Assembly: GCF_009834535.1 (NCBI RefSeq)
Contig: NC_045696.1
Span: 76,138,001 to 76,202,000, forward strand
Direction of reading: 5' to 3'
Source of the DNA: Camelus ferus
Lineage: Eukaryota
DNA: 64,000 nt
In this document: positions 51,301 through 62,549 of the stretch, in pieces
How the letters are laid out: every line of letters starts with the position of its first letter
Position numbering within the stretch: position 1 is the stretch's first letter
Translations under genes and position numbers: made by a program
Notes under the pieces: generated by a model
What the model was told of the DNA's origin: nothing
Seen by the model: only the letters and a program-made list of their open reading frames with translations
Database searches by the model: none

Positions 51301-51510
51301 AGTACAGGGATGTAAGTGCCGCCACAAGGGATATGAGCACCAGAGGAGTGACAAATGGCAGAAAAGACTCGCAAATGAAAGAATACCAGAATGGGACATG
51401 ACGTGATGAGACATATTTGGATTTTTAAAAAGAAGTACATTCCAACTGAACTACGAGATGAGAGGCCAAAACCCACGGAGGAAAGGTAAGCATTGAACAA
51501 GTGCAGCAGC

Positions 51511-51567
51511 CTGAAACTGACATTGTAAACCAACTACACTTCAGTAAAAAGCAAAAGTAAAACAGAA
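51511..51567 (+). mobile_element. 57-bp extremely 5'-truncated L1 insertion with perfect 15-bp TSD
   Basis: TSD AACAAGTGCAGCAGC at 51496-51510 and 51568-51582. Insert CTGAAACTGACATTGTAAACCAACTACACTTCAGT plus an A-rich tail resembles the L1 3' terminus at 1566-1600. Confidence 0.9.
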
Positions 51568-51860
51568 AACAAGTGCAGCAGCTCTGAGTTCAGTAGGTGC
51601 TAAGAAGCGTCTGGGGGCAGGAAAGAGGCAGGGGGGCTGCTGGTAAGGAGCAATACTCAGTGCAGGTGGGAGAGGCAAGGCTCTACGGCCTAAGATGTTT
51701 ACTGCTCACCTGCTGGATGACGCTCAAAATTTCTTTGACTTTAGAGTTTTGCGTCAATGCCTCATTAAACACATATTGTGGGTTTCAAGGATGCAGCCAT
51801 TCTTTTTCTTTCTACCAGACAGATAGCAGTGGGGTCATCCCATTCAGAAACAGTACTGCC

Positions 51861-51923
51861 GCGGAGGAGGTATAGCTTAGTGGTAGAGTGCCTGCTCAGC
51901 ATGCACTTAGCTCAGTGAAAAAA

Positions 51924-51962
<39 letters not shown>

Positions 51963-52070
51963 ACAAACAAACAAACAAACAAACAAACAAACAAACAAAC
52001 CTAATTAACCTCCCTCCAAAAAGAAAAACATTGAAAAAATAACTTAAAAAAAATTTTTTTAAGAGAAAAA
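51861..52070 (+). mobile_element. tRNA-derived SINE (Vic-1-like), B box missing, with (TAAA)n(CAAA)n expansion
   Basis: GGTATAGCTTAGTGGTAGAGTGCCTGCTCAGCATGCAC head and CCTAATTAACCTCCC core. Degenerate TSD AAACAGTACTGCC / AAAGAGTACCACC. Confidence 0.85.
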
Positions 52071-52152
52071 AAAGAGTACCACCAATCCAGTAGCCAGAAG
52101 GAGTTTGTTAGGGTCTACCTAGATTGGGATATTTTGTTTGTAATTAGCACCC

Positions 52153-52567
52153 TATGATGGTCAATTCTCAGTGCCACCTTAGCTAGACCACAGCACCCAG
52201 ATATTTGGTCAAACATCAGTCTGAATGTTGCTGTGAAGGTTTTTTGTTTGTTTAAAGATAAGATTAACATTTAAATTAGTAGAGTTTGAATAAAGCAGAT
52301 TACACTCCATAATGTGAGTGAGCCTCTTCCAATCAGTTAAAGGTCTCAAGAGAAAAAGACCAAGGTCCTGCAGGAAAAAGGAAATTCTGCCTCCAAACTG
52401 CCTTTAGACTCAAGCAGAAACATCAACTCTCCCCTAGGACTCCAGCTTGCCAGTTTGCCCTGCAGATTTTAGACCTGCCAGCCACACAATCCTTCAAAGA
52501 AGTATCTCTTGAGATAGACAGACAGTCTCCTATTAGTTCTGTTTGTCTGGAAAACTGAGTAATATAC
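52153..52567 (+). mobile_element. MLT2-type (ERVL) solo LTR
   Basis: TATGATGGTCAATTCTCAGTGCCACCTTAGCTAG..CCCAGATATTTGGTCAAACAT..CTCCTATTAGTTCTGTTTGTCTGGAAAACTGAGTAATA. Confidence 0.88.
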
Positions 52568-52969
52568 ACATCTTTAAGGGTTTAGATCCATTAGCTTGAA
52601 GTAAAAAGGAATCTGAGTACAATAACCTCAGACATTCTGGGAAAGAATGACTTTCTATTAGACAATTTAAGTACAACCTAAATAACTGATATTAGACATA
52701 TTAAAACCATTTTGGATTAGGTTTTGAACCTAGAATCCTAGGAACCCAATCTTGTGGGTCTGGATTCACGATTATCCTCTTTTCTTTCTTTCTTTTTTAT
52801 TTTTTTCTTTTTCATCTTTTTGGTTTTTTGTTTTATGATCTGTCATAGAATTTCTGAAGTATGACCTGGCACCCAGTTACTTTTTTCAAGGTTTTGCTAC
52901 CTCTCTAGAAAGCATTATACACTCCCTCTGTGTATACTCCCTTTCTTGACTGCTCTTTTCTTAAAAAGA

Positions 52970-53185
52970 GCACGTTATAGTGAAAATAACAAAGACTCTG
53001 TGGTTTAAAAAAAATGTGAGTTTCAATCCTGGATCCAAAGCAAACCCTAGCTGTGTGATCTTGTCCACATAATTTAACCTCTCCCAATCTCAGTTTCCTT
53101 ATCTCTCAGGATCTTCGCAGAGTCTGCATGCAAAATAAATGAGATAGTGAATGCCCTGACCATACTGTTTACGTAGGAAGGAACT
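52970..53185 (+). mobile_element. MIR SINE
   Basis: CTAGCTGTGTGATCTTG..TTTAACCTCTCCCAATCTCAGTTTCCTTATCT. Confidence 0.8.
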
Positions 53186-53334
53186 GACTGCCAAGAAAAC
53201 GTGTATCTTTATGTACCTTCTCTATTTCCCTAATTTAAAAGTTGCTGATAATAAAAAATATCAACAAATATGTGTGTGAGGAAGTAAATAATGTCTCTGC
53301 CATACTTAGCTGCTGAAAAGAAAGTCCAAAGGAC

Positions 53335-53750
53335 TGTATTATTCAAGGTAGCCTAACTTCTGTAACAACTCTCAAATTACAGCAGCTTAATAAAAACAAT
53401 TAATAAAATTATATTTCTTGCTCACGACACAGCTCAGTGTGGGATGATGGGGGGTATTCTGCTCAACAAACTCATTCATGAACCCAGGCACCTTCAACTT
53501 GTGGTTCCATCCTCCTATTGGCCCTTAAAGTCCCCTCTTTCAAGCCAGCTGATGAGAAAGGCAGAGAAAGAGACAGTCACCCATGGCAGCTTTTTTGGGC
53601 CATTCCCAGGACAGCACATATTACTCAGCTTCTCATTTGATTGGCCAGAACACCACTGCTTAGCTTTACCTAGAACTTGTAGTGTTGCCATGTGCCCAGG
53701 GAGATGAAAACAAAGATACTGATGACCTTGGACACGCATTTCTGTCTCAG
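53335..53750 (-). mobile_element. MLT1J/K-type MaLR LTR
   Basis: TGTATTATTCAAGGTAGCCTAACTTCTGTAACAAC..TATTTCTTGCTCAC..ATTGGCCAGAAC..TGTGCCCAGG. Confidence 0.75.
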
Positions 53751-54659
53751 GAGCCATAAAAAAATCTATTTGATTAGTTTTTTTCAAGTTCGTTTGCCCT
53801 TAACTGTTTACTTCCCATTGCTTAGACACATGCTTCGATCTGTTTTCAGGCCTTCCCATCTTACATGAATTCCTAGGAACACATGTTTCCTGACCGTGGG
53901 GAAAGAGGTAGGTTGTAATTCCTTTGGTATCTAAAGTAGGAAGAAAAGATAGCTGCTCAGAGGGAAGAGGAAAAATAGTGAGGTTCAGCGTATAAAAGAA
54001 AATTGTAAATTTATTGCCCTAATGAGATCATCAAAAGTCTATACAACCTATAAGAATCAAGTATTAGAAACACTGTCTTCTGTGGTGACATGCCCTTGTA
54101 AGACTCTATAGTCCCTAAATCCTCTGAGCTTTTAAAGTTCCAGAAAAAGAAACAGTATTGCTGGCCAGTGCCTCACAGACTACCTAGAGAAATCAGTCTG
54201 TTGGCTGCAAATGTCTATGGCAAATGATAGCTGTGAAAAGTGCATTCATTTTCATGGACTATTTCAAACTCCTAGGAGAGGTTGAGGTAGAAACAAACAA
54301 GAGCCAGACTCCCCAGTTAACTCATTTCTTTTCTTTCTTCTGGATCTTCCTCACATTCTGTGTCCATGTAAAAGCCCAGATCTTCTCCTGCACCTGCCCT
54401 TTATAATCCACCCAACCCTGTGCAAGCCAAGATCCTTACCTGATACAAGGTCCCTACATATACCTCGTGGGCAGCACCCATGTGGCACAATGTTTGTCTC
54501 AAGGTGAGTGGAGACCAAAAGGCCTTCCCCACACTCCCCCTGCTAATCTGTCAGCTTTCCACCTGTATAGCTACAGTGCCGGAACATTCCAGTATTAGCC
54601 ATTGCATTGGGGTAAGGCAGTGGAGGCCTCTGAAAAAGTCCAGCACTAATAATGTGATG

Positions 54660-55110
54660 GTACTAATAGTCAAACTATTATTTATTAAGTGGTTACTATG
54701 CACTGTCAACTGTGTATGAATTATGTGATTAATCCTACCATAACCCTAATACCTCCATTTTAAAAATGAAAACTGAGTTTCAGCAAGGTTAAGCAAACAG
54801 CCCAGGGCAGCATAGCTAATAAAAGACAGAGCCAGGATTCAAACCTAATTCTGTCTGACTCCTCCTACATGAAGCAATTACAGCTAACATTTGTTGAGAG
54901 CTTACTACATGCCATTCATTGTTCTAAGTACTTTACTTGAGTTAACTCATTTTATCCCCATAACAATCCTACAAAGCTGATAATGTTATTATCGTCATTT
55001 TGCTGAGGAAGACACTGAAGCACAGAGTGCAGTGGCTTAACCGAACCCTTCAACAACTAAATGGGAGAGCTGGGACTGGAGCCCAGGGTTCTCCTTCAAG
55101 ACTGATACTT
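54660..55110 (-). mobile_element. Two tandem MIR SINEs
   Basis: CTCCATTTTAAAAATGAAAACTGAG..GAGCCAGGATTCAAACC, then a second copy GCTAACATTTGTTGAGAGCTTACTACATGCCA..CATTTTGCTGAGGAAGACACTGAAGCACAGAG. Confidence 0.8.
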
Positions 55111-55129
55111 TCTGTTGAAAAATTTTCGT

Positions 55130-56235
55130 ATTTTTTAATTATAAAAATTTTTTAAATTCTAAGAGTAGTGAACCCAGAACACTAGTAAAACCCACCAGAA
55201 CTCACCATATTTGCTTTAATTTGGGGGCTGAAATATTTTAACATAATTTGCCCATACAATATTTCACTCCCTAATACTTCCACATGCATCTCTAAGTAAG
55301 GACAATTTCTTATATAAGCACATCACTATTACCATACCTGACAAAAATTATTAGTAATTCCTTAGTACCATAGTAAAATTCCCAAATTGTTCCAAAATTA
55401 CCTTTTTTTTTTTTTACAGCTGACTTGTTCAAATCAGTATCCTTTGAAGGATCATGGATAGCATTCGCTCATTATGTAACTAAAATATCTCCTCCCCTCT
55501 TGTTATACCAAGACACTTATTGTTGAAAAGTCCAGGCCAGCTGTCTATAGAAAGATTTGTCACCTTTGTTTGATTATTTTCTTGTGGTTAAGTTGTTCCT
55601 CTAGCTTCTGTATACCCTATGAGGTAGAAGTTATAGCTAAAGCATGAGTAAGTTCACTGTTGGGAGAAATACTTCATAGGTGACACTGCTACTTCATCTT
55701 GCACCATATCTGGATCTTCACAAAGCTCAGTGATTCCATCAAAAGTGAGGTGAAGTGCACTCATGGAGTCAAGGTGGTGACAGCCAGATACTTCTACTGC
55801 AGAGCCCTGTCAATCAGCAAGCAATCTGCAGGAGTAGGTGATGACAGTCCCCATCAAACCCTCAATCAGTGGTTTTCTGTATCCATTGAAGATTCTTACT
55901 TGCATTATCATTTCATCAAGGGCTGCAAAATGGTGAATTTCCAACCATAGTATTCCTTTCACATTCAGGGCTGGCATTCTTCTATAAGAAAAAGTGTTCC
56001 TTCGTCAATCAGGACTATTTGGTTTCGCTAAAACACAGTTTTTTTCTGGAAAAACGTGCATTTATTTTTAATTATCAATTATCAGAGTAGGAAACTGGTT
56101 GAAATAACCACCTCCAATGGTGGAAAATAAGTTTTATTTTGGAAGATTTTCCTTTTTTTGAGTGTAGTTACAGACTTGTGGAGTTTTATGCATTCATAAT
56201 CTTTTTTTTTTAATGCTCAAATTGTGTCAAACTTG
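55130..56235 (-). mobile_element. Old L1 3' end (L1MC4/L1MC5/L1ME-like)
   Basis: TTTCACTCCCTAATACTTCCACATGCATCTCTAAG..AGGACAATTTCTTATATAAGCACATCACTATT..TTGAAAAGTCCAGGCCAGCTGTC..GATTCTTACTTGCATTATCATT. Confidence 0.75.
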
Positions 56236-58499
56236 AGCACTATATGATTTCAACTGTAATGCTACTAAACCTGGATTAGGGCCAAAGTTCAAATCCAGGG
56301 GTCGCATGTCATACCTGGGTGGGTTTTGCTCTCTGTGCCTCCTACACTTCAGGAATAAAACTGGAATAAAAAACTGTATGTAGCTTATAAGGGAGTAATT
56401 AAATGAGACAGATCAGCTACCAGGCTTAACAAAGGGTGTGACACATAGAAAGAATGTCACATGCTAGCTATTCCTATTTTCGTACCAACGATGTCACCAT
56501 CTATCACTAAGTCTGCACTAGAAACGGACTGGAGTCTGGGGTAGGGTGGTGAGAGAAGAGCGAGAGTCACGCGTGTCCTAGAGAGAAGGCTCTCACCCAG
56601 GACCGTGGTATGGGGGAGCGCCCTGGAGAACCAGGAACAGGGAATGGAAGGAGGCCCCTGGTGGAGGGAGGAAGGCAGAAGAGAGAATGACAATTCCCTG
56701 AAAGTAATTTTTCTGTTTGTTTCAGTTGTCTCAGGGCCCACTGTATTCCGAAAGAGCAAAAAGAATGCCTTGAAACCAGAGCTGAGTGGCTGTTTCAGAA
56801 CCTGCCTGAGTGCAGAGGTCAGGGCCATTTCCAGGCACCAGGTCACTTGCCTACCTATCCCAGCCACCCACGCCCAGATTGGGTGTGTGGCTGATGGACT
56901 AAGCTGCTTGGTTCCCATGAGCCTGTGAGGATAGCTTACAGGTCAGGGGAGCTTAACAGGTGAGGAGACAGGCTCAATGCCACCTTAGAAGTACAAAGAT
57001 CATATGAAACACTAAAAATATGCATTTTCCTATCAAAACCTCCTACATGGACTAAAATGTTTTTTAAGCTAGAAAAACATAATTCAAAATTTTATAACAT
57101 GAGAAAGATTCTTTCAATCTAGTTTCTTTGAATTGTACTCTAAGGAGTACTGGTCTTTCCCATAACCAAAGTGAAGGTAAAAAAAATCAATCTGAAACTT
57201 TGGAGAAAATTTTGGGGGTTTATATTATTTTCCTTCATTACCACACTGTACATTTTATTGTGGGGCTATATTTCTAGTGAAAATTCATAATAATCATCAA
57301 AGAAAAATGTTAATAGAAGGCTTAGTAAGAGGGATTTCTTTAAATTAAGAGTTGTTGTGCCTCCCTACCTAGCCCCTTCCCCTCCAGATCCTTGCTAGGT
57401 TATGAGGCTGCCCCAGATGTGGACGGTGTGTCATAGCCAAGAACTCATGCCACGACCACGTGGCACTACTGAGCATGTGCACACGTGTGGACTGTCTGTG
57501 TGTGTTTCCTTTAATAAAAAAGAATTTTTTTGTTTCCCTCAGAACTCACCAGGGACTGGCTCTGAAATTTATGGAGATAATCGAAGTAATGCCATTCACC
57601 CAAACTAAAGGTGGTGTACATGGCACCTGAAACTCCCAGTCATGCTTCTCTTTAATGTGTGTTAAACTTTGCTTTATAATTACATTCGGTGACTAGCATG
57701 CCTCAGTAAAATGTCGAGTGACTTGAAAAGTACTTGGCTCCCAGACAAGAAAAGTAAAACAAAGGTAAGTGTGTAATGGTTAACAAAGGAACATTCAGAA
57801 TCTTCCTTCTGGCAGAATCAAAGTGGCAAAGAACACCCTTGTCCTCCTCTCCTAAATACAAATTAGAGAAAACATCCTGGAAAATAAATGCCAAGAGCCA
57901 ACAGCCAGTTATGATTAAGAAACATGAAGTTTTAAACCATTCATTCTCACGTTGTTCTTCTAAACCAAGGCCATTAATAACTCTGAACATGTTGACTGAT
58001 TATCTTCTTTCTGCTTGGTTGGTATTTCTGTACCAAAATGTTCACATGGGAGGGAAATAAAGGACTGGCAGCTTAGATTCAAAAAAAGTTTGAACTGGAA
58101 CTCATTTATTTGTATTTCAAAATCCTGAGGCAGATTAACTGGAAGGCATCCAAAACCTCAGAAGCCAAAAGTTCTGCCAAACATTTTTCGGCTTGGCAAA
58201 TGGTAATAAAATATAGCCAGATCATTAAAGAAATCCTGTTCTGAATTCCCTTGAAGTTTCTAAGGCAAAGTTTAAGCAAAAATTATTTCCTTCAGAGGCT
58301 TGTATGCATGATAAAGTTCCATCTGTGCATAAGGAATCAGTGTGGTGGCTTAGACGCCTTGACCAAGGAAAAACAGACACAACAAAAATAAACCTACGTT
58401 CATTTCTATCTCTAGATCTGCATGGCTACACATTCATGAAGCAGAAATCTGTCTCTCATAACTTAGGAAGGAGTTGTTTATTACCCCATTGCTTTGTCA

Positions 58500-58845
58500 T
58501 GGCTGTGTCATTCGTTTTCAACAATCATGTACTGAAAACCCAGTATCAAGAAGGTCCAGTGTCAGACTCGTGTGAGGAAACAAAGATGAAGATACATAGA
58601 TTCTGCTCTCCTAGGGCATAATACAAGGTGATATGTATGGAGAAGAGACACATAAAAATGAGTGTTAACAAGGTATAGTGTTACATACCTTGGGAAAGGT
58701 AAGATAAGGTGCTCTGGGCATTCAGAGAAGGGAAATGTTAATTACAATCACGAGGTGAGGACAGATTTCAGGAAGGAGGGGGCAGAAGGAGAGCTAAACC
58801 TTGAAGGGTATGTGGGATTTGGACAAGATAAAGAAGGTCATTGAG
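58500..58845 (-). mobile_element. LINE-2 fragment
   Basis: CATTCGTTTTCAACAATCATGTACTGA..GGTGCTCTGGGCATTCAGAGAAGGG..GAGCTAAACCTTGAAGGGTATG. Confidence 0.7.
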
Positions 58846-59518
58846 TATCATGGTATTTCACTTAGTGCCTTATTGTTTAAAATGCTCCATCTTCTCATTT
58901 CCACTCTGGGTCATATTTATGTCCTCTTAAACCCTTAAACCAAAACTGATTACATGAGAACACATTTTTAACCCACACCGTAAAAGCGAGTTGGACATAA
59001 TCTCACATTTCTGTGTAATCACAGTTTACTTTATATGCTGCAATTTTTTTTTTCTGAATTGTTTCAAGGCAATTTCTCCTTAAATTAATCTTACCAGAAC
59101 AGGTTCAACTTGTGAAACCTAGTGGTGTAGTAGAGCCACCCACTAATCAAAACCAACATGGGAACAGGAGTCTGAATTATTTAGCCCCATAAGCATGTTC
59201 CTACTTTGCCTATGCAGGGTGCTTATAAAGAGGAATCATCATCTCTTTGCCCCCTTTTGTATCAATGCCATTGTATCAATCGATGGGAAATTGATCCACT
59301 TATTTAATTCAACTCATTTAGATAAGCATTCACCAAGACGCTACTATAAAGACACTGCCAGTTTCTGAGAAGGGAGGATGACTATCTACAGGAAACTCAC
59401 AGCTTAGATCAAAATACACAGCACCGCTAATGCAAAGTAACAGAATCTGTATATGCACAGATTCTTGGAACCACAAGGGACAAATATGTCTGATACATTC
59501 TATTTAAGAAATAAAGCT

Positions 59519-60140
59519 GCACCTTTTGACCACCTTCATGTAATTCCCCCTCCCCTGACCTGCTTCTAGTAACCACAAATCTGATCTTTTTTACTGAGTT
59601 TGTTTTTTGAAGTATAATTGACCTACAACACTGTCAGTTCCTGGTGCACAACAGTGATCCAATGTATCTATACACAGTCACCATGATAAGTCTAGTTACC
59701 ATCTGTCACCATACAAAGATATTACATTATTATTGGCCATATTCCCCACACTGTATATTTCAACCCCCTGACTTATTTTATAATTGGATGTTTGTAACTC
59801 TTAATTTCCCTCCTCTACTTCCCTCAAAGGGTAAAAACTTCAGTTATAAGATAGATACTAGGGATGTAATGTGCAACATGATTAACATAATTAACACTAC
59901 TGAATGTTGCATATACAAACTGTTAAGAGTGAATCCTAAGAGTTCTTATCACAAGGAAAAATTTTTTTCTTCTTTTATTTTGTATCTGTATCAGAGATGA
60001 TGGATGTTCACTAAACTCACTGTGGTAATCATTTCATAATGTATGTAAGTCAAATTATTATACTGTACAACTTAAACTTAATATAGTACTGTATGTCAAT
60101 TATACCTCAATAAAACTGGAAGAAAAATTTAAAAATTTAA
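59519..60140 (+). mobile_element. L1 3' end with 5' inversion (about 59519-59824 antisense, 59825-60140 sense)
   Basis: The antisense segment starts ACCTTTTGACCACC; the sense segment starts CAAAGGGTAAAAACTTCAGTTATAAG and ends TATGTCAATTATACCTCAATAAAACTGG plus an A-rich tail. Confidence 0.85.
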
Positions 60141-62474
60141 AGAAAACAGAAAGTTGGTTTCCATTTGCATATGTAGATTCATATTGTTTAGGATTCTAAT
60201 TGTAAGGTAAGCTGAAAATATTCCTTAAACTTTTTTGGAATTAGCTTTGGAGCCTATTTATATACAAATTACACACCAAAGTTAGTATTTTTTAAGTCAT
60301 TTGCCGATATTGACAAAGTGACAGGTTTCATTTACCAAACTTAAATCTGAATGTCTTGTCACATTTTCCAGTGTTCAGATACACCTTCAAATTAAAAGAT
60401 TTGCCACAATTGAGACTATTTAAAGATGTGTCACATCCTTTGAAGGCAATTTTTAAACATATATTTTGGAAAACGTCTCCAGAAATGTTTTTAGTGAGGG
60501 TGTCATCATTTCAATGTACTTTCCTGCCTCCTTTGTCTAGGAAACTCCTACTCAATTTTCACAGCTCAGCTTCTTCAGTGAAGTTCTCCTGGATATAATT
60601 CTGCACTTTCACACAATTTTGTTGAAACGTATAACTTCATTGCTACATCAAGTCTAAGGTATGACTAATCTGTGCATTAGTTTCCTCATCTGTAAAATGG
60701 ACACTATAACAGTATTAATAAAGGTAAAATGAATCAGTACTATTAAATACATGTGAACTATGGTATCACAAAAATTTACTATCAGTTGCAGTATCATTAT
60801 TGGCCCACGTAATTATTATATAGTAGGTCATCAATACAGGATCATTAATAAAATGTATGCCTTGTTTAACAGATATACCCGAATTTATATATCCCAGAGA
60901 AAGAGGCTAGTCTCTTTCTATAAAATGATTTACAATCACACTTCATAAGTTAAAAATATATATTCACCAAGTCTAAGACATAGCTTTATACATTAAAAAC
61001 AATGCAAATAATTTACATAGTGCGTTTCACAAAGCACATTTACAGTGAAGAAATTAATTTTATTTTCTTTCATACCATGTAATTCAGTTCCAATGCCAAT
61101 CATAAATGACAAGCACATAATGTATTTGCCCATTTGGCTCCCCCTTCAAAAATTTCTAAGTATCTAAGTTGTCACTGAAATCTGCAGTGGTCTTTTAATC
61201 AGTGAGCTTCTAATGGTCTTTTGATGATGATATCAAATGCCTATGCAGACATTTTTCCCTCTGATCCTCACTCCTCCCAAAAGGGGCAGTTGAATCTTAC
61301 TATCCTCTTTCTACACCAGTTCCAATAGCTCAGCAGGGAGGGAAGGGGAAAATAAAAACACATTTCTAATTTTCTACCCTACTGACTGGCCTACCATTCC
61401 CCTAGCCAACATCCTCAAAACATATAATGAACTGGTTTGTGTGAATGAAAGAGTGGGTCCATTTTCCTAGGCCATAGCCAAAGGAGGAAAAGGAGGTATC
61501 CAAACCCAGCTGCCATTCCCTTTCCCCTCATTTCAGGGAACTGAGCCATTTCACCATAGGTACCTGGAAGGAGGTCAAAGGAGAGACAAAACAAAAGACA
61601 CTCTGGGTTGGTTGGTTCTCTACAGGTCCTACAAGTGGGATTCAAGCCTATGCTACAATAACTCCTTTCTTTTTGCCAATAAAATAAAGAGAAATATAGG
61701 AATGACCAAAGGCAGAACCAGTCAAATCCCATGATCACAAATTCCCAGGGATGTGTCAAATTCCTTTAACATTTCAATAGAGTGGATATTAATTAACGAG
61801 TGGCTGATAAATTAGGCTCTGGATTGTCATATTTGTTATTTAGAAGTTTGTTATAAAGAAATAGGTCAAAGTCATATTTTTACCTAATGGCAGATAGGGA
61901 GAAATGATGAAAGGATGTGTGCATTCTAACTATTTCCTACCAACTATGTACATAGTAGGTGCACAATGCTATCACTTTCATCTTAGAATCACAGAATAAC
62001 AGAGATCAGGGAGATCCTCTAATCCAACTCCTCGCTTTGAAAAGGAGCACACTGAAGCACAGAGCACCTTCCCCAGAGAGGCTTCCACTTAGGGCTGCCA
62101 TCTGCAACAGGGAGGTCTCTCTTAAGTTCTAGCTTAAAATCTTCTATGACTGGTCGAGCTTCCACTGAGGACTCTGTTTTCTACTTATCGACACCATTTT
62201 CATAAGATGTATCACAAGCTCCAGCACGTATTTATTGTGTATTATTTACTGTGGCTTTATGTAGGTTAGTCCTCTCTTCGGATTACCAAGAGCTCCTTGA
62301 AGGCTACATAATTTGAATCCTCTCACCCTGCCTCCTAGCAGCAGAGCTGAAAATTCAACATTTACTGAATCCTTTCCCTTTACAAATGGGTCTAGAAGGG
62401 CCAAAATGAGTGGGAAGAGTTCAACAGAGCTCTTGTCCTCCTGAGGTTTAAAATGGAATAGGCAGAGAGTGGAA

Positions 62475-62549
62475 CAGCTCTAATATAGTCTGCTTGAGTG
62501 GAGGTGTAGACAGTTTTAATACAGTCTTCTGCGGTGGAGGTGTAGACAG
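62475..62549. repeat. Diverged 36-bp tandem duplication
   Basis: CAGCTCTAATATAGTCTGCTTGAGTGGAGGTGTAGA / CAGTTTTAATACAGTCTTCTGCGGTGGAGGTGTAGA. Confidence 0.9.

Noticed and set aside
4789..52567. Two MLT2 LTRs as the ends of one provirus
   Set aside because: They are in opposite orientation, 47 kb apart, diverged, and have no internal ERV sequence; independent solo LTRs.
56457..56928. Overlapping 153-aa and 107-aa ORFs and a plus-strand acceptor TTTTCTGTTTGTTTCAG near 56725
   Set aside because: No recognisable protein and no convincing paired donor; a GC-rich patch gives long ORFs by chance.
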